This document shows positions 29,337 to 36,957 of a DNA stretch of 36,957 nucleotides, piece after piece. The DNA is from Lentisphaeria bacterium (GTDB lineage: Bacteria > Verrucomicrobiota > Lentisphaeria > JABSQK01 > JAWLHB01), in contig JAWLHB010000030.1 of assembly GCA_041690595.1 (NCBI GenBank), positions 62,001 to 98,957 of the forward strand. The letters run 5' to 3'. Position numbers and translations under genes: made by a program. The notes under the pieces were generated by a model. The model saw only the letters and a program-made list of their open reading frames with translations. It had not been told where the DNA came from and searched no databases. The first letter of the stretch is position 1. Each line of letters starts with the position of its first letter.

Positions 29337-30491
29337 TCAGGACAGGGCAAACTTCTTGAGCCATACCTCGGTGCGGAATCCGACAATATGGTCATCTTCG
29401 GGCTTTGCAGCTTTTTCAATGCGGAACCACAGCGGAGCATCTGACACCCAGGCGATGCCGGGCTCGGTCACGATGGCGTGAAAATTGCCGAAGTGGTTGT
29501 CGCAGCCATCTCGCCGAAGGTGGGGGAAGACGATCTGCTCAGTATGGCGCTTTATCCGTCCACGTTCGGCATCGACTTCCGCGATGAACAATGGGGCGCG
29601 GTAACGAAAGACCTCGGCATTCTCCGGCGTACGCCTGGTGTACAGCAGGTGGAGCCGCTCGTCCGTGGCGAGCCAATGCTGTTGGGTGGCGGACATGGTG
29701 AGCAGTTCACCGTCTTCCCAGCTCCAGCACGCCAGCCGCCCCCAGGCAAGACCATCGTGCGAAGCGGCATGGTAGCCATGCCCGTCCAAAGCCCGCAGCG
29801 TGAGATGATACCGTCCATCATGCCATGCCAGCGACGATTCGCCGAGATCATGCGAAGGCAACGAGAGCGTGTCACCAACCGACTCAATCCCCAGCCGGCG
29901 ACCGTCGAAGCTGCAGTGGATGGTACACACGGCATAGTGCCCTTGCCCGGCAGGGCGGAAGTAGACTGGAATCAGGAGGCTGCCGTCGGCCTTGATGACC
30001 ATCTGGAAGTTGGCGATGCGCCAGTTTGCGCAGTCGGCAAAGAACGGATGTGACAGGCTTTGGCGAGCTGACCAGTTGCCATCGCCACTGTAGACCGTGT
30101 AAACGGGATGCTGCCTTCGGTCCGCGTGGTGTCCGGTTCGATCGTGCACAAGCGCCCCATCGGCGGAGCGGTGATAGAAGGTGTTGCAGCCGACTGCCAG
30201 GACGGTGCCTGTCAGTGGATGATAATACGGGCGCACATCGGCGATGCCTTCCTCGGCGCGATCGGCCAGACACCGCGTCGCCAAGCTGGGGATCGTGCTG
30301 GGCGCGCACCAGGTTGCACCATCATCGGCGGAAAAGGCACAGGACGGGGGCCCGAAAGCGTCACTCGCCTTGATTGCCTGCATGAGCAGCATCAGACGAC
30401 CATCCGGGGCCTTGCAGATTGCCGGCTGGAAGTAGTCCTCGGTCGTCTGTCCGGCCCACGGGACAATGATGTCGCTCGCGGTGGATATCAT
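29337..30491 (-). CDS. Sialidase-like Asp-box (BNR) beta-propeller protein
   Basis: Asp boxes SADDGATW and SHDGLAW; GESSL, TQQHWL, RYRAPLFIAEVD, FGNF; ATG at 30491 overlaps the upstream TGA; no signal peptide. Confidence 0.78.
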   Translation of the reverse strand: MISTASDIIVPWAGQTTEDYFQPAICKAPDGRLMLLMQAIKASDAFGPPSCAFSADDGATWCAPSTIPSLATRCLADRAEEGIADVRPYYHPLTGTVLAVGCNTFYHRSADGALVHDRTGHHADRRQHPVYTVYSGDGNWSARQSLSHPFFADCANWRIANFQMVIKADGSLLIPVYFRPAGQGHYAVCTIHCSFDGRRLGIESVGDTLSLPSHDLGESSLAWHDGRYHLTLRALDGHGYHAASHDGLAWGRLACWSWEDGELLTMSATQQHWLATDERLHLLYTRRTPENAEVFRYRAPLFIAEVDAERGRIKRHTEQIVFPHLRRDGCDNHFGNFHAIVTEPGIAWVSDAPLWFRIEKAAKPEDDHIVGFRTEVWLKKFALS

Positions 30492-31213
30492 GGTCGTTCC
30501 GAGGCTGGAAGTCTGAGGATATTGTGAATGATACTGTTGGAGCTTGCGTGCCCATCGAAATACAGGGCGTTTGACGTTACGCCGCTGTGTCGATAGATGG
30601 CTGCTTGAGCGAGTTGATTGTTTGTGTAGGCGAGGTAGAAGCTGTTGATCGGTTCTCCCAGCAGGATAGCATTGGCAGACTCTTCCACGTGGACTGATTT
30701 GATGTAGCCATTCATCTCCGTTCCCCCGCCCACATAATGGGTACCCGCCCATTCGCGCAACCAGAAGTTCATGCCGTAGTCCATGACGTATGTCTTGTAG
30801 TCGCGTGACACCGGACAGATCAGCGGCCCGGCCTTTTTCCGGTTCGCGCTGAACGCCTCGGGCGTCGCGGCATAGTAGAGGAATCCATTCCCGGAAAAGG
30901 CAGGTATATAGCCATGCTCCGCGTAGCCATCATAGGGATTGTTGGTGAGATGGTAGTACCATGGAATGCCGGTGTTGAAGGCCGGGATGTAACCATCGGA
31001 GTCGTCCATGTAGTTCATGAAGCCCAGATGGCATTGCTTCAGGTTATTCAGGCAGACAACGCCTCTGACCTTGTCCCGGGATCTGCTGAGGGCAGGAAGA
31101 ACCAGGCTGGCCAGAATGGCAATGATCGACACGACGACTAGGAGTTCCAGGAGGGTGAAGTGCTGAGGCTCCAAACACCGATCGGTTACAGGTATCATGG
31201 ATGGTGTCTTCAT
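30488..31213 (-). CDS. Prepilin-type N-terminal cleavage/methylation domain protein (DUF1559-like)
   Basis: HFTLLELLVVVSIIAILASLVLPALSRSRDKVRGVVCLNNLKQ, LICP, DYGMN, RHSGVTSNALYFDGHA. Confidence 0.9.
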   Translation of the reverse strand: MKTPSMIPVTDRCLEPQHFTLLELLVVVSIIAILASLVLPALSRSRDKVRGVVCLNNLKQCHLGFMNYMDDSDGYIPAFNTGIPWYYHLTNNPYDGYAEHGYIPAFSGNGFLYYAATPEAFSANRKKAGPLICPVSRDYKTYVMDYGMNFWLREWAGTHYVGGGTEMNGYIKSVHVEESANAILLGEPINSFYLAYTNNQLAQAAIYRHSGVTSNALYFDGHASSNSIIHNILRLPASERP

Positions 31214-31222
31214 TGAGGGTTG

Positions 31223-34200
31223 TCACTCGTTTTTCAGGGTAAATGTTGTCTTCACACTCTTGCCGGAGGCAAGTTCGCGCACCGTGACAGTCCACGATCC
31301 AGTCGGATCATTGCTGGCCGTGGCGAAGCTAACCGACACCATGCCGTTCTCGATCATAGTGTTGCCCCCGTACTCCCAGAGTTCTTCACCGTCGGGACCG
31401 TGAACGATAACCTCCACCGGAACCACGGAGCGGATAGCCTTCCCCTGGTCGGACAGGAGAGTGTAGATGGCAAGGAAGCTCTCGCCGGGGGCGATGGATG
31501 GGGTATCCGCCTTGCAGGTGAGTTCGGCAATGCGATGCGGATAGAGAACGACCGGCGTGGCGCTGAGCAGCTCCATATCGAAGGTTGCCAGGTTCCAGTC
31601 GGAGTCTTGCATCTGGGTCAACTCCAGCTCTCTGGAGTTCCACACGTCATAGGCATGATAGCCGGCGGGAATGCGCAGCTGCTTGTCGACAACAGGGGTA
31701 GTTTCGGCTTTCTGCTTCAGCAGGTCATGGACGCCGTTTTCCCAGTCGCTCTGCTGCGCCAAGTCCAGGGCAGCGAGCTCCTCGACCGACTCGACATCGA
31801 TGACCCACGCGACGGTGGCAGTGCCGACGCTGTTCACGCGGACGATGGTGTTGGGACTCATCGCCTGCACTTGGTTTTCGTGCAGATACCGCGCGGCGTA
31901 GAGTCGGCATCGTTCCAGGTGCTGAGGGATGCCGATGTCGCCGATGCCGGAGGCAAAGGGACCATCGGCTCGCTGCGCCCCTTCGATATCGACGGTGGTC
32001 GTGCTATCCACAACCACCGCGCCTCCCTTGGAGACATACGCTTCGAGTGCCTGTTTCTCTCCCTGCATGAGCCACTGATGCCCATTCACGAAGACCACAT
32101 CATAGTGTGCGAGCGCGCCGCTCATGACCTCTTCCGTGCTGAGCAGGTCGAGGGCGGCCCCGACCCGCTGAAAGTTTTCCAGCGCAGCGCTCATGTAGAC
32201 GGGGCGGAAATGAGCATCGGATGTACGAAAGCAATTCTGTGCCAGGCTGAAGAGGAGGGCTCCTCGCCGACGCGAGGGCTCTTGGCGCTTGAGAAACTCG
32301 GAGACGCGGGCGACTCTGGAGGCGACGGCCTGGTTACCCGCCCAGGTGGCTTCCTCTTTGGCATAGCTGCCCATGCTCCTGGCATCCAGACTCCACAAGA
32401 CGATCGAACGCGGTGCCTCCGCCAGGATGCGGTACAAGGTTGCCTGCTGAAACACCGGGCCAAAGGGGATATAGGTTGCCGACACTTCCAGCATCACAGG
32501 CTTGCTTCGGTTGTTCATCCGTGCGACCTCGATGGCAAAGGTATACTGATGCGTCCAGAAAAGATACTGGTAGAAGGATGCGGCGTTGTAGGCGCGGAAG
32601 CTGATGGGCGGATAAAAGCCGCGGGGTATGTAGAGTGGGCCCGACATGCAACCGGTATCGCCCAGCAAGCTGCCGGGCCAGGCACTCTGCACGCCTTCCA
32701 TCGCAGCCTGCGCAATCAGGTTGTACTGGCTGCAATGAAAGCGGAAGAACTCCAGCCAGGGATGGTTATCCGCAACGACGCCGGGAGCGACTACCGGCAT
32801 GAAGACGTTGTTTCCATCCTCCATCCGCTCCAGCGGCGGCAGGTCATCTCGTTTCAGACCGGTTGCCTGCGTGAAGGCCTCCATAGTGAGAGGATGAAAG
32901 TCGTAATTCCCCCCCATGGAGCCATCATCGTTGGTGATGAACGTCGGCACCAGCGCCGGAGATTGCGTGCCGTGCAGCAGCGTCACCTGGCGGCGCAGTT
33001 CCTGGCGATAGGCGTCGAGCTGACTGGCAATGAAGCCGCGCCAGCTCAGCGCATCATGGATGCCATGCTGGTGTACACTCCCATCGGCAAGCACCAGCAT
33101 GTCGGCCTCCTCGTCTGTGCGGTGGGTCAGCGCCATGGGTCGGGCTCCGGCCATGAGGTTCTTGCGAAGCAGAAGGTCCAGGTAATGACCGAACCTTTCA
33201 GCCGCCGCGGTATTGGCTGGGAGGTGCTGCAACTGGTTCAGGTCGAAGAGGTTCACGTTGACATATCTGCCGCGAACGTAGTCGAGCGCCTGTTCCTCCT
33301 TGGCTGGATTCTGGCGGTGCATCTTGACCGCGAAAATGGGATACGAATTGTGTCGCCGAGCGGGACAGATCCACATGCTTTCGCGCACGATCGCTTGCCC
33401 ATCGATCGCGCCTTCAAGCAGATATTCCGCACAGCGCATGGCGGAGGTATCGATCTGCTCCAGGCGCTCGAAGGCAGTCAGTCCGGAGGCTGGATACCGC
33501 TGCTCCCACGCGACGTTGCCATTTGTGGAGAGCCGTACCGAGATGGGTTGCCCCTGGTAGGCGGTCCCGCCAACGGCGATGTTCAAGGGGATGATTTCGC
33601 CCCGCTGGTACGCCCGGCGCGGGATGCCGCCGCGCCGGGCGCTGAAGGTCATCGCCAGCCGCGGTTCCGCCTGCCTGGGCATCCAGTCCTCAACGTCGAG
33701 CTGGACCGCGTCGCCGTCGAACAGACAGAGCCGGTGCGTGAGGCGCAGGAGGGGCTCACGGTCGCCGATGCGGCCGGTCATACCAATCAGCCCGGAATAG
33801 GGAAATTGCGGATTCAGGTTCTTGTGCCAGACCAGCGCCACCTCTCCGTCTTCGCTGGCGACCAGAGGGGTGACATGCTCAGCGGGTACGCCCTGCGGGA
33901 TGGAGGCCATCCACCTCTCGCTTTCCGGCTCCAGGCCCCAGGCGATTCCCGCCGGGGTGACCACGCGGCCCTCGCCACGCAGGCCGTAGACCCGCTGGAT
34001 GCCGAACCACTTGGTGATAAACTGGTTCTTGTCTGTGTGTCCGCCCTTCTCGGTCAAGACAACGTAGTCTTCCGGTCCTTCGAAATAATAGAGCGTATTT
34101 CCGTTGGGCGCGACCCAGCGACCGCCATTCTCGCAATAGCGATAGAGGCGTGCCGTATTGTCCCATGGCGTCATGATCTCCCTGGGGGTGACATCACTTA

Positions 34201-34468
34201 CCTGAAGGACAACGCTGGAACTACAGGACCCCTTCTCCAGTTGCTCATCCAGCCAGGCCAGTAACTGGTCGGTATTCAGCAGTCTGAATCCGTGCGCGGT
34301 GAAATAGGCCACCACATTCTCGACATTTCCCGCGTAGCGAACACTGCGGTCGGGATCAAAGTACACGACTTGCTGCCGCGCTCCTCCTTCTCCGGCCTGG
34401 AGGCCCAAGGTGATGACCACAAGAAAGAAGATCAGCGCTCTTGCCAGCCTCTTGTGCGACCCGTTCAT
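31223..34468 (-). CDS. Large secreted GH42-like / trimerization-domain protein
   Basis: Signal peptide, GGAGG RBS; YDFHPLTMEAF, PWLEFFRFH, YDVVFV...YVSKGGAVVVD; C-terminal ND..G.W.V.V.E..SG beta domain. Confidence 0.68.
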   Translation of the reverse strand: MNGSHKRLARALIFFLVVITLGLQAGEGGARQQVVYFDPDRSVRYAGNVENVVAYFTAHGFRLLNTDQLLAWLDEQLEKGSCSSSVVLQVSDVTPREIMTPWDNTARLYRYCENGGRWVAPNGNTLYYFEGPEDYVVLTEKGGHTDKNQFITKWFGIQRVYGLRGEGRVVTPAGIAWGLEPESERWMASIPQGVPAEHVTPLVASEDGEVALVWHKNLNPQFPYSGLIGMTGRIGDREPLLRLTHRLCLFDGDAVQLDVEDWMPRQAEPRLAMTFSARRGGIPRRAYQRGEIIPLNIAVGGTAYQGQPISVRLSTNGNVAWEQRYPASGLTAFERLEQIDTSAMRCAEYLLEGAIDGQAIVRESMWICPARRHNSYPIFAVKMHRQNPAKEEQALDYVRGRYVNVNLFDLNQLQHLPANTAAAERFGHYLDLLLRKNLMAGARPMALTHRTDEEADMLVLADGSVHQHGIHDALSWRGFIASQLDAYRQELRRQVTLLHGTQSPALVPTFITNDDGSMGGNYDFHPLTMEAFTQATGLKRDDLPPLERMEDGNNVFMPVVAPGVVADNHPWLEFFRFHCSQYNLIAQAAMEGVQSAWPGSLLGDTGCMSGPLYIPRGFYPPISFRAYNAASFYQYLFWTHQYTFAIEVARMNNRSKPVMLEVSATYIPFGPVFQQATLYRILAEAPRSIVLWSLDARSMGSYAKEEATWAGNQAVASRVARVSEFLKRQEPSRRRGALLFSLAQNCFRTSDAHFRPVYMSAALENFQRVGAALDLLSTEEVMSGALAHYDVVFVNGHQWLMQGEKQALEAYVSKGGAVVVDSTTTVDIEGAQRADGPFASGIGDIGIPQHLERCRLYAARYLHENQVQAMSPNTIVRVNSVGTATVAWVIDVESVEELAALDLAQQSDWENGVHDLLKQKAETTPVVDKQLRIPAGYHAYDVWNSRELELTQMQDSDWNLATFDMELLSATPVVLYPHRIAELTCKADTPSIAPGESFLAIYTLLSDQGKAIRSVVPVEVIVHGPDGEELWEYGGNTMIENGMVSVSFATASNDPTGSWTVTVRELASGKSVKTTFTLKNE

Positions 34469-35412
34469 CTTTCACACCTCCATGCGTATTGTGACTGATC
34501 CGTAGGGACGATCAGCGCCATCTCCCGTTCGAGGGCGCCAGTGAGACGTGACCGACCCCCCTCATCGAGCGCGTCGTGCAGATGCCGGAAATCCGTGCTG
34601 AAGACGCTCAACTCTACCAGTGCGTTTTTCAAGCCACCGAGCCAATGCTCGCAATCATCGCCGAAGAGATCCGACAGGAACCGGTTGGATCGTTGTTGCC
34701 AACTCATCGCAAGGGAGCGATTGCCGCCGGCCAGCGCTTCCGCGGCACGTTGGATCATGCCCCCGACGAGAATCCCCGTACCCAGCAACGCGCCATCGTA
34801 TCCGGCTTCCAGCGCCCGGACCACGTCGAACTCATTTCCCGTCAGCAGCAGAAGTTCCGGCCGTTGTCGCCGAAGCTCGGCAAAGGCCTGCCGATAGTCG
34901 TCGGAGCACGAGGAATCCTTCACCATCTTGACGTTGGGGTGGAGCATGACCTCCTGCCACAAGGCGAGATCGAGCGCGCAGGTGTCCGCGAACGTCTGCA
35001 CGTACAGCCCTGCCGGCACCTTCGCGACGGCGAGTGATTCCAGGAAGTAATGCCGCAGGAAGCTCGCGTTGGCGAAACGCATGTTCCAGGGCGCTGCCAG
35101 GATGACGCTATCCGCTCCCGCATCCTGCATCCGCCGGATGTTCACCGCGACTCTTGCCGCCGACATGTCGGAAACCTGGGCCGCCAGGTGAAGATCCGCT
35201 CCGCCGATCCTTCTCATCACCGCGACCAGCTCCGCCGCTTGATCCGACGTCATGAAGGGGCCCTCGCCGCAGGTGCCGCCGAGGAAAAGATGACGGATCC
35301 CCAGCCGCAGATGCTGCGCCACAAGCCGTTGCAGCGAAAGCTCGTCGAGCTGACCATTGTGTAGAAATGGTGTGGGCGGAGCAGACCAGAGAATGGCCCT
35401 GGTTCCGTGCAT
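34465..35412 (-). CDS. Dihydrodipicolinate synthase / N-acetylneuraminate lyase family class I aldolase
   Basis: PTPF, GGTCGEG, GLY, VKDSS (Schiff-base Lys), LTGNE; ATG at 35412 with AGGGAG RBS (the ORF-track start at 35892 is an over-extension). Confidence 0.9.
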   Translation of the reverse strand: MHGTRAILWSAPPTPFLHNGQLDELSLQRLVAQHLRLGIRHLFLGGTCGEGPFMTSDQAAELVAVMRRIGGADLHLAAQVSDMSAARVAVNIRRMQDAGADSVILAAPWNMRFANASFLRHYFLESLAVAKVPAGLYVQTFADTCALDLALWQEVMLHPNVKMVKDSSCSDDYRQAFAELRRQRPELLLLTGNEFDVVRALEAGYDGALLGTGILVGGMIQRAAEALAGGNRSLAMSWQQRSNRFLSDLFGDDCEHWLGGLKNALVELSVFSTDFRHLHDALDEGGRSRLTGALEREMALIVPTDQSQYAWRCER

Positions 35413-35457
35413 AGTCGTTCTCCCTGGATTATTCACAATGGCATTCAGCATAGAGAT

Positions 35458-35536
35458 AGGATAGTCATCATCAACCCGCCGAACAACTGGTCTGGCATAC
35501 AAAAACCAATGGTTCAGATATACAAAACACGGAATG
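35458..35536 (-). promoter_or_regulatory. Putative AraC-activated promoter of the aldolase operon
   Basis: Minus strand TTGTTC (35486-35481), 17 bp, TATCCT (35463-35458); direct repeats ATACAAAA at 35497 and 35520 just upstream of the -35. Confidence 0.35.
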
Positions 35537-35622
35537 ACCAGTCCGCCGTTGCGAGAGCGGTTATATAGAAGAAGCGGAAGTCGAGGCTGGACTTTTGCAG
35601 CCATCTCCTGTAAGCTGTGCAT

Positions 35623-36531
35623 ATGAAAGACGATGATAGAGACCCCAATGGCTCGCTCATCTGGATGGAGGGGCTCAGGCGCATTCTCCACGGGCCGCTG
35701 GTCAACCCTGACCGGGTGGTGTTCGTCACGGAATCGCGTTCCAGTCAACCGCTGCGACATTGGTTTCATACCCACGACCAGTGGGAACTGCTTTGCCCAC
35801 TGAACCGGCCCCTTCGCTACGAGATCGCCGGGGAACCACCTGCTTCCCTGGATGCGGATGAAATGCTGATCCTCGCACCCGGCTGCGTTCACATGGCCAG
35901 CGCAAGACTGCCGCAGGCTGCCGATCTTTGCGCCGTCAATGTGCGACTCGCCGGCGATGACAAGGGGCTATCCTCCTTGTATGTAGGCAGCCTGGAACAC
36001 GTGGTCAGTTCTGCTCTTTCCCGGGAGGAGGCAGAGGAACTGACCAACCTCGTGGATGAAGCACCCCACCGCCTGTTGCAGCGGGCGGCGCTGGCCATGA
36101 CCCAGGGAGCCTGGAACAGGGAACGAGCCGTCGGACTCCTGCGGGTGGTGATTGCCGGCTACGCGCAGGTGATCGCCGGCCGTGCAAGACCGGAAGGGAT
36201 GCCGGCTGAACGCCGGGCCATGGATGCATTGGCCTATCTGCAGGCGCGATACTACGACCGCGAACTCGATGTGGCTGAAGTCGCCCGGGCAGTGGGCGTG
36301 TCCAGTTCGCACCTGACTACACTGTTTCGCGATGCCATCGGCGATTCCGTGCACCAGGCCCTGATCAAGATCAGGTTGCGGCGGGCAATCGCACTGCTGC
36401 AGACAACGGATTACACGATCAAGGAAATCGCCGTGCTTACCGGCTGGAGCAGTCCGTTTCACCTCTCCGCGACAGTCCAACGTCACTATGGAAGCGCCCC
36501 ATCAGCCTTACGCCACTCCGCCAGGACCTGA
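35623..36531 (+). CDS. AraC family transcriptional regulator
   Basis: Cupin-like HTHDQWEL; C-terminal VAEVARAVGVSSSHLTTLFR and IKEIAVLTGWSSPFHLSATVQRHYGSAPS double HTH; divergent from the aldolase operon. Confidence 0.93.
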   Translation: MKDDDRDPNGSLIWMEGLRRILHGPLVNPDRVVFVTESRSSQPLRHWFHTHDQWELLCPLNRPLRYEIAGEPPASLDADEMLILAPGCVHMASARLPQAADLCAVNVRLAGDDKGLSSLYVGSLEHVVSSALSREEAEELTNLVDEAPHRLLQRAALAMTQGAWNRERAVGLLRVVIAGYAQVIAGRARPEGMPAERRAMDALAYLQARYYDRELDVAEVARAVGVSSSHLTTLFRDAIGDSVHQALIKIRLRRAIALLQTTDYTIKEIAVLTGWSSPFHLSATVQRHYGSAPSALRHSART

Positions 36532-36597
36532 CGCGAGGCCATCGCCATCCCCACGCATGATCGCAGTTCCACTGGTGTTCACCTCCACAGATCCCGA

Positions 36598-36866
36598 CAA
36601 TGTTGGAGTCCCCGGCCGGCCGTTGCCCGCACATTCTTCTTCACACTGTCCACGCTCGTTCCACCCCTGCGCTAACCTCAAGTGGGAGCCGCTCTCCGAG
36701 CGGCGACCCGATCCTGGGAACGCCACTCGCCTGAGTGGCTCCGGCGTTGGACGTTGCCACTCCCCAACGCCTGGCTCCCCTCACATCCCCTCGCCACCCC
36801 ATCGCTCCCGTTCCCGCCGCTGCCGCCAACTGGAGCCGCTCTCCCAGCGGCACAGCCCCCAATGTG
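36598..36866. repeat. Mosaic REP-like intergenic element, copy B (core 36713-36866, inverted relative to copy A)
   Basis: Includes canonical-looking REP GTGG-GA-GCCGCTC-TCC-GAGCGGC-GA (36682-36706) and CTGGGAAC-GCCACTC-GCCT-GAGTGGC. Confidence 0.85.
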
Positions 36867-36957
36867 ACGGCAATGTATGCCCATTGACTTGCAGAGTTTG
36901 GTTGACGAGGCCACCGTTTCTACGGCTTGCGGGTGTGGTGAACCGGCAAGTGGTGGA

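Noticed and set aside
28955..29359. 134-aa plus-strand ORF and other short ORFs across the junction
   Set aside because: Antisense to the DUF3800 remnant and runs through repeat DNA; no recognisable family
447..31213. Type II secretion or type IV pilus operon (gspG/pilA symbols)
   Set aside because: Pilin-like genes are scattered singly with no ATPase, platform or secretin genes and carry DUF1559-type features, so no symbol was assigned
31220..34264. 1014-aa plus-strand ORF
   Set aside because: In-register antisense shadow of the 31223-34468 gene; such stop-free frames are common in GC-rich coding DNA; no motifs recognised
34465..35412. Assigning dapA or nanA
   Set aside because: Family motifs are clear but substrate specificity cannot be determined by eye
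34465..35892. Long N-terminal extensions in the ORF track (aldolase to 35892, sialidase-like to 30752, hydrolase from 17696, DUF1445 from 2246)
   Set aside because: They overlap neighbouring genes; downstream starts with an RBS or stop-start coupling fit better

Overview
GC-rich bacterial window, most consistent with a PVC-superphylum genome. Lentisphaerota is the likeliest source, inferred from repeated [22 protein letters not shown] prepilin-like genes and a GntR-LacI hybrid regulator. It holds four carbohydrate-catabolism-type loci. (1) <1-8673: GH95-like C-terminus, prepilin-like protein, Gfo/Idh/MocA oxidoreductase, DUF1445, CBM9-like, GH42-like and a hypothetical. (2) 10679-15508: LacI, prepilin-like protein and a chondroitinase-ABC-type PL8 lyase, behind a near-consensus sigma70 promoter bracketed by two palindromic operators. 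(3) 15923-28646: GntR/LacI regulator, two prepilin-like proteins, two esterases, large unknown proteins and a DUF4838 lipoprotein. (4) 35412-29337 (minus strand): DHDPS/NanA-type aldolase, GH42-like protein, prepilin-like protein and Asp-box sialidase-like protein, divergent from an AraC gene. No SusC/D, TonB, ABC or MFS transporter is recognisable, yet every locus carries a prepilin-like (DUF1559/H-X9-DG-type) gene. Between loci lie an AT-richer orphan secreted gene, a mosaic of REP-like hairpins present in two inverted copies, and a 5'-truncated DUF3800 gene. The 3' end of the DUF3800 fragment overlaps a compact predicted structured RNA, and a possible MITE sits at its breakpoint. No CRISPR, rRNA or tRNA was seen. 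All family calls come from motif recognition by eye, not database searches.
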